A stretch of 64,000 bases of DNA from positions 175,292-239,291 of the forward strand of contig OZ244118.1 in assembly GCA_965215765.1 (NCBI GenBank). The letters are read 5' to 3'. The position numbers were made by a program, and so were the translations under genes. The DNA is from an uncultured candidatus Porisulfidus sp. Its GTDB lineage: Bacteria; Pseudomonadota; Gammaproteobacteria; Poriferisulfidales; Oxydemutatoraceae. The notes below the pieces were generated by a model. The model was not told the DNA's origin. It searched no databases and was given only the letters and a program-made list of their open reading frames with translations. Positions 21,315 through 30,487 of the stretch are shown here, one piece after another (the stretch's first letter is position 1; each line of letters starts with the position of its first letter).

Positions 21315-21850
21315 TCAAGGAAATCCCACACGAAGAATGAACCAGGGTCAGTTTTTCTGTCAGGAGCCAGATCTTTGTGGCCGACAATGCGCTGCTCGTC
21401 CAGGGTCTCATAGCACTCCAGAAGCGCCACTGTCACTTCTGCCAATGTTTCGTATTGCTTCACCTCGAATGGTTGATTATCAGTGCCTTCCAGCTCTATG
21501 CCGACCGAAAAATCATTGCAGTTTGTACGTTCCCGGTAGCGGGACTCGCCAGCGTGCCAGGCACGCCGATGAAAAGGCACATATTGTATGACTTCCCCGT
21601 CTCGGCGAACCAAAAGGTGTGCGGAGACTCGTAAGCGGGAAAGGAAGGCGAAAGTCGGATGCGCTGCGGGATCCAGAGAGTTGGTGAACAATTGTGTGAT
21701 GCCAGACCCGCTGAAATCGTTTTCCGGGACACTGATGGAGTGAATGACGATTAATTCCAGTGACATGCCGGCTGTCCGCTCGTCAGCGTTCGGAGACGGC
21801 ACAAAACGCACATCTTTGAGTCGGTGGATTTGCTTGTCAATTTTCAGCAA
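21284..21850 (-). CDS. ampD: 1,6-anhydro-N-acetylmuramyl-L-alanine amidase AmpD
   Basis: ORF is open to 22051, but homology begins near VRFVPSPN. A TTG at 21850 sits 4 nt after the macro-gene stop with GGAG upstream and gives 188 aa. Motifs VIHSISVP, RVSAHLLVRRDGEVIQYVPF..RAWHAG.S, NDFSVGIELEG, GH.D.AP.RKTDPG. Confidence 0.85.
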   Translation of the reverse strand: MLKIDKQIHRLKDVRFVPSPNADERTAGMSLELIVIHSISVPENDFSGSGITQLFTNSLDPAAHPTFAFLSRLRVSAHLLVRRDGEVIQYVPFHRRAWHAGESRYRERTNCNDFSVGIELEGTDNQPFEVKQYETLAEVTVALLECYETLDEQRIVGHKDLAPDRKTDPGSFFVWDFLECFARIRETT

Positions 21851-21852
21851 GG

Positions 21853-22389
21853 TCAGACTCCGATCTGTTCTTGGTACAACCGGAACAATTCTTCCTGAAA
21901 ACAGACAAAAGTCACTTGAATCAGAGCTTGGCGTCTGTTTAGGCAAGCGCGGGTGGTTTGCACGGCAACACGCACTGCTTCCCTGTATGGATAACCATAA
22001 GCACCGCAACTGATGGCAGGAAAAGCCATGCTTTTTACAGAATTCTCGCAAGCCAGGCCAATGGCCTTTTCATAGCAAGCCGCGAGCAATGCCTCCTCGC
22101 CATGCGCCCCGCCCTGCCAAACGGGCCCAACGGCATGGATTACAAATTTTGCAGGGAGTTTATAGCCTTTGGTGATTCGAGCCTCTCCGGTCTGGCAACC
22201 CCCGATTTTGCGGCAGGCATCCAGCAACTCTGAGCCGGCAGCGCGGTGAATGGCGCCATCTACCCCGCCGCCTCCAAGCAGTGAAGAGTTGGCGGCGTTG
22301 ACAATTGCGTCCACTTCAAGGCGCGTGATGTCGCTCTTCACAGCCGCAAGCTGCGCAGAAGGATCGCCATAGTGTCCGGCTTCAGTCAC
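21853..22389 (-). CDS. Macro-domain protein (O-acetyl-ADP-ribose deacetylase, YmdB-like)
   Basis: 178 aa, GTG start. [42 protein letters not shown] and AFPAISCGAYGYP motifs. Confidence 0.9.
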   Translation of the reverse strand: MTEAGHYGDPSAQLAAVKSDITRLEVDAIVNAANSSLLGGGGVDGAIHRAAGSELLDACRKIGGCQTGEARITKGYKLPAKFVIHAVGPVWQGGAHGEEALLAACYEKAIGLACENSVKSMAFPAISCGAYGYPYREAVRVAVQTTRACLNRRQALIQVTFVCFQEELFRLYQEQIGV

Positions 22390-23486
22390 TTCTCTCTATG
22401 GTAGGCAACTTCTGCAGTGGTTCGTCCTGCAGGCATCCAGCAGCTTCGATCCGGCAGCGCGGTGAATGGCACCATCTGCCCCACCGCCTCCAAGCAGTGA
22501 AGAGTTGGCGGCGTTGACAATTGCGTCCACTTCAAGGCGCGTGATGTCGCTCTTCACAGCCGCAAGCCGCGTAGAAGGATCGCCATAGTGTCTGGTTTCA
22601 GTCACTTCTCTTTCATGGTAGGCAACTTCTGCAGTGGTTCGTCCTGCAGGCATCCAGCAGCTCTGAGCCGGCAGCGCGGTGAATGGCGCCATCTACCCCA
22701 CCGCCTCCAAGCAGTGAAGAGTTGGCGGCGTTGACAATTGCGTCCACTTCAAGGCGCGTGATGTCGCTCTTCACAGCCGCAAGCCGCGCAGAATGATCGC
22801 CATAGTGTCTGGCTTCAGTCATTTCTCTTTTATGGTAGGAAACTTCTGCAGTGGTTCGTCCTGCAGGCATCCAGCAGCTTCGATCCGGCAGCGCGGTGAA
22901 TGGCGCCATCTGCCCCACCGCCTCCAAGCAGTGAAGAGTTGGCGGCGTTGACAATTGCGTCCACTCCAAGGCGCGTGATGTCGTCTTTCACAGCCGCAAG
23001 CCGCGTAGAAGGATCGCCATAGTGTCCGGCTTCAGTCACTTCTCTCTATGGTAGGCAACTTCTGCGGTGGTTCGTCCTGCAGGCATCCAGCAGCTTCGAT
23101 CCGGCAGCGCGGTGAATGGCGCCATCTACCCCACCGCCTCCAAGCAGTGAAGAGTTGGCGGCGTTGACAATTGCGTCCACTTCAAGGCGCGTGATGTCGC
23201 TCTTCACAGCCGCAAGCCGCGCAGAAGGATCGCCATAGTGTCCGGCTTCAGTCACTTTGCAGCCTTTGGTGATTCGGGTCTCTCCGGTCTGGCAACTCCC
23301 GATTTTGCGACAGGCATCCAGCAGCTCTGAGCCGGTAGCGTGGTGAATGGCACCATCTGCCCCACCGCCTCCGGGCAGTGAAGAGTTGGCGGCGTTGACA
23401 ATTGCGTCCACTTCAAGGCGAGTGATGCCGCTCTTCACAGCCGCAAGCTGCGCAGAATGGTTTGTAAGACCGCTCGCTTCCAACAT
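22390..23486 (-). repeat. Five tandem truncated copies of the macro-domain gene 5' end (leader plus first ~60-77 codons)
   Basis: Start-codon anchors at 22389 (intact gene), 22605, 22822, 23039, 23255 and 23486. Spacing is 216-217 bp, and 231 bp for the last unit. Each copy reads (M/V)TEA(G/R)HYGD...[34 protein letters not shown] and then leaves the frame. Confidence 0.95.
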
Positions 23487-23677
23487 GGTGCTGGCTATGT
23501 TACTTCACCTGCCGCGCTCCAACGGTTCACGCTGAGCTTCAGGATTTGTAACAGCCTGGAATTTCTTGGCTCCACGACGGTGTCCGGGTTATTCAGAAAC
23601 AAGGCAGCCATATTTTCTCAGGTCGCTTTGCTGACTTGTCGTTTTTGCAGGTTCCCTGACACAAACGCTTGCCCTGC

Positions 23678-24121
23678 TTAGTGCCATGCTTCGGAAGGCA
23701 GTTTCCTGCCCATGGTATCAAGCGAAAGAGCCATTCCTTCGCCTGAGACGGGGGTGGCGGTCAGTCGGCAGCAGTGCTGCAAGTCCTCATCACAGGACTC
23801 ACCCGTGATGTGATAGTTCCCTCGTGCAGAAACTGCCTGACCTGCTTCTGCGGTGACACCAAGTTCCGAAACCAGGTCAACGGTATAGCGTTGGTGTTTG
23901 GCAAAGTGGCGAGCCTGCAAAACCATAATCTCGGAAAGTGCCAACCGCGCCTCAGTCAAAAACAAGCGTTGGCGGTGCTGATCGTAAGCGGGATATGCCA
24001 ACAGGCTCAGTACGGCGATGATTCCCATGGCAACCAGCAGTTCCAACAATGAAAAGCCGCGCGCACGGTTCCTCCATTTGGGCTTGCGAAAATAATCGGG
24101 AGTCGGGAGAGTCGGTTTCAA
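23678..24121 (-). CDS. pilE: Type IV pilin (PilE-like)
   Basis: 147 aa, TTG start overlapping the pilX stop. Prepilin N-terminus RGFSLLELLVAMGIIAVLSLLAYPAY. Confidence 0.75.
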   Translation of the reverse strand: MKPTLPTPDYFRKPKWRNRARGFSLLELLVAMGIIAVLSLLAYPAYDQHRQRLFLTEARLALSEIMVLQARHFAKHQRYTVDLVSELGVTAEAGQAVSARGNYHITGESCDEDLQHCCRLTATPVSGEGMALSLDTMGRKLPSEAWH

Positions 24122-24594
24122 TAGCTGAAATCTGCCCCCTCAAGGCGAACCGTACCGGCAGGGGATTTGCTGAATAAAAGCAGAGCCGTAATTTTGTTTC
24201 CGGCATCATCCAGGACGTGGGCATTCAACAGAACCTGAGTGTTTACGAGTTGGGCTTCTTCTGTGCCATCTGGTCTCCATAGGGGCGGGATCAGGAGCGA
24301 AGCTGTGCACCCGGAAGTGATGCCCTCGCTGTTCCCAAACTCGCTGCTGCAGAGCTTGGCGTGAACAAAAATCTCGTCGAAGTCCGGCGTGGCGGTGTCT
24401 AACAGTCGCAGCCGCGAAGAGGCTTCCAACACGGTGTTTCTCATTGCCGTGTGTAAATCGACTTTCCGCTCAAAAGTGGTGGTGATCCGCGACAAGTCCC
24501 CAGTTTGATGCAGGCTGGCGGTAATGAGCATGTTTCCCAGAAGCAGGAGCACGATCGCCGGAATCAGAATGCTGCCATGTGTTCTTGCGCCCAC
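24118..24594 (-). CDS. pilX: Type IV pilus minor pilin/assembly protein PilX-like
   Basis: ORF is open to 24717 but overlaps pilW. A GTG at 24594, 7 nt after the pilW stop (GAAGG upstream), gives 158 aa starting MGARTHGSILIPAIVLLLLGNMLITASL (PilX_N-like hydrophobic segment). Confidence 0.6.
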   Translation of the reverse strand: MGARTHGSILIPAIVLLLLGNMLITASLHQTGDLSRITTTFERKVDLHTAMRNTVLEASSRLRLLDTATPDFDEIFVHAKLCSSEFGNSEGITSGCTASLLIPPLWRPDGTEEAQLVNTQVLLNAHVLDDAGNKITALLLFSKSPAGTVRLEGADFSY

Positions 24595-24601
24595 GCCGCC
24601 T

Positions 24602-25579
24602 TCAGGGCACCACTGTGAACGTATGCCATGCGGAGTTTGCCGATTCTTCTTCAGTCTGTACGGGTGCGCGAGGCGATCTTTCTTCAACTTGCAACTGGAC
24701 TTCCAGTGCCAAATCATGGCTCTCCGCGCTTTTCAGCGCCGCGACACGGAGTGAGGTGATTCCCTGCAGCCATTCCTCGCGAAACATTCCGGCTCGTTTG
24801 TAATGCCCGTAATCTGCGACCACGAGCCGTTTGCGAAACAGAGAAAATTGTGCGTTTTCAGCATGGACGCCTGTTGCCAGATAGATGGCCTGTGGCCGAT
24901 AAGGAATCAACAACGCGCCGCGCGGGAATGTGTGGCTTTCCCGCGCCCGGCAAGCCCTGTCTGCGTCAAAGACCACTGCGCAGTTGCCAGGCCTGACCGC
25001 AGAGCCCTCGTCGTAATGGACGCGCGTCCCACGTCTGCTGACTCTTGTAACCTGAAACAAGGCGGCCAGGTCTTCATGGCACGCCACCGCCAACTCGCCA
25101 ACTTTTACTTTGGTGGGAACCGCAAGGTCAAAAAAACGGTTCGGCTCTTCGTGTTCCAGTATCGGGGCAGGCAACGAAGCCTGTAGACCAATGAGCACGT
25201 CGCTGAATTCGTTTCGCCCGTCCGGGTGAGGTGTCACTTTTGCAACCGCCCGGGCTCTGTCGCTCGTGGCGGAATGAGCGAAACGAAACTCCTCGAAAGG
25301 AGTCGCCCAGTAATCATAAGCGGAGCGATTCACCAGGTTAATGCGCTGCGCCGCATAAGGGCACAAGGCACGACGACTGCCATGCAATGCGTCCTGCAAG
25401 AGGCGGTCAGCGACAAAAGCGGTTTCAGTCATGGAAAGGCGTTCTCTGAGCCAGAGATGGTTCGTCAGCAAGCTTTGGTGTGCATTGATCATGACCAAGG
25501 TTATAAACACCCCGAAAGTCGTCGCCAGCAGCATTTCCAGCATAGTGAAGCCGCGGGCGAATTTTCCTGGGTCTCTCAA
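24602..25579 (-). CDS. pilW: Type IV pilus minor pilin PilW
   Basis: 325 aa, TTG start with AGGAAG upstream. N-terminus ARGFTMLEMLLATTFGVFITLV. Size and position match PilW. Confidence 0.7.
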   Translation of the reverse strand: MRDPGKFARGFTMLEMLLATTFGVFITLVMINAHQSLLTNHLWLRERLSMTETAFVADRLLQDALHGSRRALCPYAAQRINLVNRSAYDYWATPFEEFRFAHSATSDRARAVAKVTPHPDGRNEFSDVLIGLQASLPAPILEHEEPNRFFDLAVPTKVKVGELAVACHEDLAALFQVTRVSRRGTRVHYDEGSAVRPGNCAVVFDADRACRARESHTFPRGALLIPYRPQAIYLATGVHAENAQFSLFRKRLVVADYGHYKRAGMFREEWLQGITSLRVAALKSAESHDLALEVQLQVEERSPRAPVQTEEESANSAWHTFTVVP

Positions 25580-25985
25580 ATCTTCCTATGGTGCGACCAT
25601 GAGATTTTTGTGCAATGTTTGCTCATCGCCAGTTAAGTCCTGCCACTTGATCGAAAGCTGAAGCGAGCGCTCCTGAGCCACCAGCCTGGCATCCCCTTGG
25701 CGCAGAACAAGCATGGGACGGCTGGTGTCGCTGCATGCCGGGTTGTCTGCCTAGGTGCCAAGCCGAAATTTCCTGGGTCTCTCAATTCTTCCTATGGTGC
25801 GACCATGAGGTTTTTGTGCAATGTTTGCTCATCGCCATTTAAGTCCTGCCACTTGATCGAAAGCTGAAGCGAGCGCTCCCGAGCCACCAGCCTGGCATCC
25901 CCTTGGCGCAGAACAAGCATGGGACGGCTGGTGTCGCTGCATGCCGGGTTGTCTGCCCAAGTGCCGAGCCGACATTTCCAGTGTC
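25558..25985. repeat. Tandem duplication (~207 bp x2) spanning the pilV 3' end and pilW start
   Basis: Segment 25558..25764 repeats 25765..25985. The anchor cctatggtgcgaccatgag occurs at 25585 and 25791. The extra copy sits in the pilV-pilW spacer. Confidence 0.9.
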
Positions 25986-26295
25986 TGAGAAAAAACTTGG
26001 TGCGCTCCGGCTGGCCGCAGGCCGTGACGGAACAGTCCTCGCTCGCTTGAGGGATGTTTTGGTAATCACTGCCTGATACGCCCACCAGCATATTGTTGGA
26101 GGTGTCTGCCCAGCGCAGAAAGTCATAAAACATGAGGTTGGCCTGGATGCGGTGCAGCAACTCCTCATCTGTGTTCAGCAAGTCGTTTTGCAAATGGATC
26201 ATGCCCAGCAAGCCGAAAGAGACCAAACCCATTGCCAATAGCAGCTCCAGAAAACCGTAGCCTGCCTGCTTGCGAAACTGGCGACAAGTTCTCAC
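25792..26295 (-). CDS. pilV: Type IV pilus minor pilin PilV
   Basis: 167 aa. N-terminus QAGYGFLELLLAMGLVSFGLLGM. Overlaps the fimT stop. Confidence 0.7.
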   Translation of the reverse strand: MRTCRQFRKQAGYGFLELLLAMGLVSFGLLGMIHLQNDLLNTDEELLHRIQANLMFYDFLRWADTSNNMLVGVSGSDYQNIPQASEDCSVTACGQPERTKFFLRHWKCRLGTWADNPACSDTSRPMLVLRQGDARLVARERSLQLSIKWQDLNGDEQTLHKNLMVAP

Positions 26296-26948
26296 GCTTC
26301 GCAGTCGCTCAATTCACTCTCTCGGGAGGAGCGCAACCGGCCACTGCGGATGATGACAATGCCTGACAATGCTTTCCGGGTACCGGTGCGGCAGAAAAAG
26401 AAATGGCCGTTTGTGTGGGCGCGTCCTTGTTCTGAAAAACGAACGAAGTCTGAAAAAGCGTTGGTCTTTATTGAGAAGCCAGAGAGGAGAGGCATCCCCA
26501 CATTGACCAATCTGGCGTTTGGTGGTGGGGTCGCGAAGTAGCCCGGGTCTAGAACTTCCAATACGACCCAGCCTTGTGCGTAGTCACGAGAAAGGCATCG
26601 TGCCTGACTTTCTCCGGGACAGACAAAAATGACCCGCCCGCTCGTCAGTGCGTATGAACGGGCAAACTTCAAAGCATTGATGAATTTGCGTGGCTCCTCT
26701 TTGTCCGTCCGGTTTTGAAACAGCTCGCGATAGCCATAAACACCCCACGTCAGAAATATGGCAATAAGCGCTGTGACCGCCAGCAATTCCAGCAGCGAAA
26801 AGCCTGTGTTTTTAAGCGTGGCCGGCTGGCTGAGGCCAGCAACCCGAGGTATGAGCGCATTGATTTTCCTGTTGTTTGGCACCGCATTCGCAATCGTGTC
26901 CCGGAATACTGTCAGGTGAAGTGGCAAAAACTCCACAGTCCGGGACAA
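26292..26948 (-). CDS. fimT: GspH/FimT-family minor pilin
   Basis: Prepilin motif NTGFSLLELLAVTALIAIF followed by a GspH-like domain (...FINALKFARSYALTSGR.VFVCPG). The true start may be internal to the 218-aa ORF. Confidence 0.65.
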   Translation of the reverse strand: MSRTVEFLPLHLTVFRDTIANAVPNNRKINALIPRVAGLSQPATLKNTGFSLLELLAVTALIAIFLTWGVYGYRELFQNRTDKEEPRKFINALKFARSYALTSGRVIFVCPGESQARCLSRDYAQGWVVLEVLDPGYFATPPPNARLVNVGMPLLSGFSIKTNAFSDFVRFSEQGRAHTNGHFFFCRTGTRKALSGIVIIRSGRLRSSRESELSDCEA

Positions 26949-27044
26949 GCGGCTTTATGCCTTCTCCAAGTGGCTTGCTCTTGGCCAAGCCGTGGTTGTC
27001 CAGTCCGATTTACCAGGGGTGCAAATCCGGGACGCTTCACGTTC

Positions 27045-27690
27045 TGCAAAGTCGCTTGCTTGGCAGAAGCGATGTGACAGCAGGGAAAAGCACTTGCCTC
27101 GGGGAGAACAAGTGTCTGTTTTTTCTTTTGCAGGGCGTGGCAGATTGATGACTTCTTGTTCCCTGCCCCGTTCCCCGAGATCAGCTCAGGCAATCGTCTC
27201 TGTACCTAATGCGGCAGGATCTGACTCAGGAATTTTTTCGTTCTTTCGTGCTTCGGGTTGGCGGCGCTTGTCTGGCAGAAGCGATGGGACAGCAGGGAAA
27301 AGCACCTGCCTCGGGGCGAACGAGTGTCTGTTTTTTCTTTTGCGGGGCGCGGCAGATTGATGACTTCTTGTTCCCTGCCCCGTTCCCCGAGATCAGCTCA
27401 GGCAATTGTCTCTGTGCCTAATGCGGCAGGATCTGACTCAGGAATTTGTTTGTTCTTTCGTGCTTTGGGTTCGCGGCACTTGCTTGGCAGAAACGATGGG
27501 ACAGCAGGGAAAAGCACCTGCCTCGGGGCGAACGAGTGTCTGTTTTTTCTTTTGCGGGGCGCGGCAGATTGATGACTTCTTGTTCCCTGCCCTGTTTCCC
27601 GAGATCAGTTCAGGCAATCGTCTCCGTGCCTAATGCGGCAGGATCTGACTCAGGAATTTTTTCGTTCTTTCGTGCTTTGGGTTCGAAAAG
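27045..27690. repeat. Tandem array (~212 bp unit, ~3 copies) of the ABC ATPase gene 3' end plus downstream spacer
   Basis: taatgcggcaggatctgactcagg (stop plus last codons ...FLSQILPH) recurs at 27207, 27419 and 27630. A partial unit starts near 27045. Confidence 0.92.
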
Positions 27691-28382
27691 AAATTTGCGG
27701 GTTTGCCGACCTCCACAATCTGTCCTTCGGCCATGAACACAATCCAGTCTGCGACTCGCCGCGCGAATCCCATTTCATGGCTGACGCAAATCATGGTCAT
27801 GCCCTCGTCCGCCAGGGAAACAATGACGTCCAGAACCTCGGAGATCATTTCCGGATCCAGCGCCGACGTGGGCTCATCAAACAGCATGACGCGAGGGTGC
27901 ATGCACAAAGAACGCGCAATGGCAACGCGCTGCTGCTGTCCACCTGAAAGTTGGGCGGGATACTTATGCGCCTGATCCGCAATGTGTACCCGTTCGAGGT
28001 AGGACATGGCAACTTCTTCTGCTTCAGCGCGCCTCATTTTGCGCACCCAAACAGGAGCGAGAGTCAGGTTTTCCAGAACGCTTAAATGGGGAAACAGGTT
28101 GAAGTGCTGAAACACCATGCCGACTTCGCTGCGTACCTGATCAATGTTCTTCAGGTCTTCGTTCAGCTCCACACCGTCAACCACAATGCGGCCTTTCTGG
28201 TGTTTTTCCAGGCGGTTAATGCAGCGAATCAGCGTTGATTTTCCGGAAGCGGACGGGCCGCACACCACGATGCGCTCTCCTTTGCGCACCGTGAGGCTGA
28301 CGTTTTTCAGTACATGCAGTTCGCCGTACCACTTGTTCACTTTTTCAAGTTGGACTATTGGCTGGGTGTCGGGATTATCCAT
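27630..28382 (-). CDS. aapP: Amino-acid ABC transporter ATP-binding protein
   Basis: In-frame ATG at 28382 ([20 protein letters not shown]) gives 250 aa. Walker [10 protein letters not shown], signature [13 protein letters not shown], Walker [12 protein letters not shown]. The symbol is assigned by analogy with AapJQMP sizes and order. Confidence 0.9.
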   Translation of the reverse strand: MDNPDTQPIVQLEKVNKWYGELHVLKNVSLTVRKGERIVVCGPSASGKSTLIRCINRLEKHQKGRIVVDGVELNEDLKNIDQVRSEVGMVFQHFNLFPHLSVLENLTLAPVWVRKMRRAEAEEVAMSYLERVHIADQAHKYPAQLSGGQQQRVAIARSLCMHPRVMLFDEPTSALDPEMISEVLDVIVSLADEGMTMICVSHEMGFARRVADWIVFMAEGQIVEVGKPANFFSNPKHERTKKFLSQILPH

Positions 28383-28383
28383 T

Positions 28384-28595
28384 TGGCGATATTTTAATGG
28401 GTTGCGGATCGGTGCGAGCGCTCCAGCTTCTTTTCCGGAAGTTGACTGTGTCGTGACATGCCGAAACAGAATATACAGAAAACCAGGGCGGCAAACAGAG
28501 GCGCTTGCTGTTCGTAGCCTTTCCATTCCAGAGAACGGCTTGCTGCCTGCGCCATGTACAACAGATCGAGAAGCCCGATGATGGCGACCAACGTC
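28384..28595 (-). pseudogene. Orphan duplicate of the permease (aapM-like) 3' end
   Basis: Reads ...[27 protein letters not shown]....F..FCFGMSR.SQ..EKKL.RSH.S.TH, matching the last ~65 codons of the gene ending at 29357. The matching stretch at 29344..29560 also includes the aapP start-codon remnant. Confidence 0.85.
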
Positions 28596-28692
28596 GCTTG
28601 CTGTTCACCTGTCCCAAAGCGCAGAACCGCCAACAGAAGAATCTTCGGGTTTCAGCGTGTCAAAGGTTGCATTCATGGCATCGGAAAGGCTT

Positions 28693-29307
28693 TCACCTCG
28701 CTCCTTGCTCTATTTCCTGTGCGTCTAAAACGTCAAGTAACCTTTTGGTGAATTTTTTTTCTAAGCTATTCCAAATTGCCTCTTTTTCTGCATCAGAAAG
28801 AAACTCCCATGTGATCTCTCCACTCTCTATCAAGGAAATGAGTTGCTCTCGGGAATCGTAAAGCCTTGTATCATATATTGCCTTAGGGTATACGCCATAC
28901 CAATTATGGCTTAGTTTTTTATCTTCATCATAAACACTTAAATATAAAATTCCCGACAAAACTCCAGTTGTAGGAATAATTTCTATAACAGTAGATATCG
29001 TAATAGGAAAAATATCACAGTCGGGATGATTTTCCCTTAACCTATCTCTATCATCATAACGCTTGTTAAATTCCTCCCAATCATCCTTTGTTTTTAATAC
29101 TTTTATTTCACTATCTGTTTGTTTCATTAGTTTTATCGCAGCTTCTTTGCTTTTACATAGCCTATTCTCTTTGTGTATATAGGATTTATTTTTATAGCGA
29201 TATCGCACCTTTCTTTCTTCAGCCACATCAAAAGCCGCCAAAGCGGGGGCGATACCCACGCCCCAAAGAGCAATCGCCAACATCAGGAATTTTATTGATT
29301 TATGCAT
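28693..29307 (-). CDS. AT-rich hypothetical secreted protein (probable foreign insertion)
   Basis: 204 aa. Signal peptide MHKSIKFLMLAIALWGVGIAPALA|AF. Lys/Glu/Asp-rich, no family recognised. Visibly much more AT-rich than its neighbours. Confidence 0.6.
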   Translation of the reverse strand: MHKSIKFLMLAIALWGVGIAPALAAFDVAEERKVRYRYKNKSYIHKENRLCKSKEAAIKLMKQTDSEIKVLKTKDDWEEFNKRYDDRDRLRENHPDCDIFPITISTVIEIIPTTGVLSGILYLSVYDEDKKLSHNWYGVYPKAIYDTRLYDSREQLISLIESGEITWEFLSDAEKEAIWNSLEKKFTKRLLDVLDAQEIEQGAR

Positions 29308-29356
29308 AAGCGGTGCTTAAAAAACCTGACATCGTTATTGAGCATTTGGTGATGTT

Positions 29357-30487
29357 TTAGTGAGTCGTGGACTGGTGCGAGCGATCCAGCTTCTTTTCCA
29401 GACGCTGACTGTATCGTGACATGCCGAAACAGAATATCCAGAAAACAAAAGCGGTAAACAGGTACGCTTCCAGTTCGTAGCCTTTCCATTCCAGCGAACG
29501 GCTTGCTGCCTGCGCCATGTACAACAGATCGAGAAGCCCGATGATGGCGACCAGAGTCGTGTCTTTGAACAGCTCAATAAATGTATTCACGATTGCAGGA
29601 ATGGAGATTTTTAACGCCTGGGGTAACACGACCAGCGACATTTTTCTCCAATAGCCAAGCCCCAGAGAGTCGGCAGCTTCATGCTGACCAGGGGGCACAG
29701 CTTGCAAGCCACCACGTATAGCTTCTGCTGTGTAGGCAGCCGAGAACATGGTGAGGCCAATCAGGGCTCGAGCGACTTTGTCAAAACTCACCTGCTCCGG
29801 AAAAAACAAAGGCAGCATGACTGAGGACATAAACAATACGGTTATGAGTGGTGTGCCCCGCCAAAACTCGATATAGGCCACAGAGAAGTAATGAATGAAC
29901 GGCAGGCTTGAGTTGCGCCCGAGCGCCAGTAACACGCCTAAAGGCAAAGCCGCGGCTGTCCCCACGCCAGCCAGAATGAAGGTGAGCATGAATCCTCCCC
30001 ATTCGCTTGGCTCAGCCACCGGCAACCCTAGCCACTCACCGTGAATCAGGGCAAAAGCCAGGAATGGAAAAATGAAAAACGTGAATGCGGCGATTTGTCG
30101 CTTATACGGGGTTTTGGGATACAGGAGCAGAGCCAGGAGCAGGCCGCTTGCTACGAACATCACCGTTGGTCGCCATACCTGGTCAGCGTGTGCCGCAAAG
30201 TAGAGGCCAAACATGAGCTGCAGGAATCTGACTTTGACGAAAGTCCAGCAAGCACCGTCCGGATGCGCTTCGCAGGCAGCGCGACTTGTGCCATCCCAGG
30301 ACGCCTCCAGGAATAGCCAGTTGATGATTCCGGGCACACTGGAAAAAATCAGCCACAGTGCCAGAACCGTGAACAGGGTACTCGTCGGCGAGGCAAAGAA
30401 GTTTTGCTTTAGCCAGGCGTAAGTGCCAACCGAGCGGCCTGGGGCGGGGAAGGCTTTTTCCTTTGGGTATACCCTTTCGCGGTTCAT
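29357..30487 (-). CDS. aapM: Amino-acid ABC transporter permease
   Basis: 376 aa multi-TM protein with a polar amino-acid permease EAA-type loop (AAYTAEAIRGGLQAV..GQ.EAA.SLGL). Overlaps the upstream permease stop. Confidence 0.88.
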   Translation of the reverse strand: MNRERVYPKEKAFPAPGRSVGTYAWLKQNFFASPTSTLFTVLALWLIFSSVPGIINWLFLEASWDGTSRAACEAHPDGACWTFVKVRFLQLMFGLYFAAHADQVWRPTVMFVASGLLLALLLYPKTPYKRQIAAFTFFIFPFLAFALIHGEWLGLPVAEPSEWGGFMLTFILAGVGTAAALPLGVLLALGRNSSLPFIHYFSVAYIEFWRGTPLITVLFMSSVMLPLFFPEQVSFDKVARALIGLTMFSAAYTAEAIRGGLQAVPPGQHEAADSLGLGYWRKMSLVVLPQALKISIPAIVNTFIELFKDTTLVAIIGLLDLLYMAQAASRSLEWKGYELEAYLFTAFVFWIFCFGMSRYSQRLEKKLDRSHQSTTH

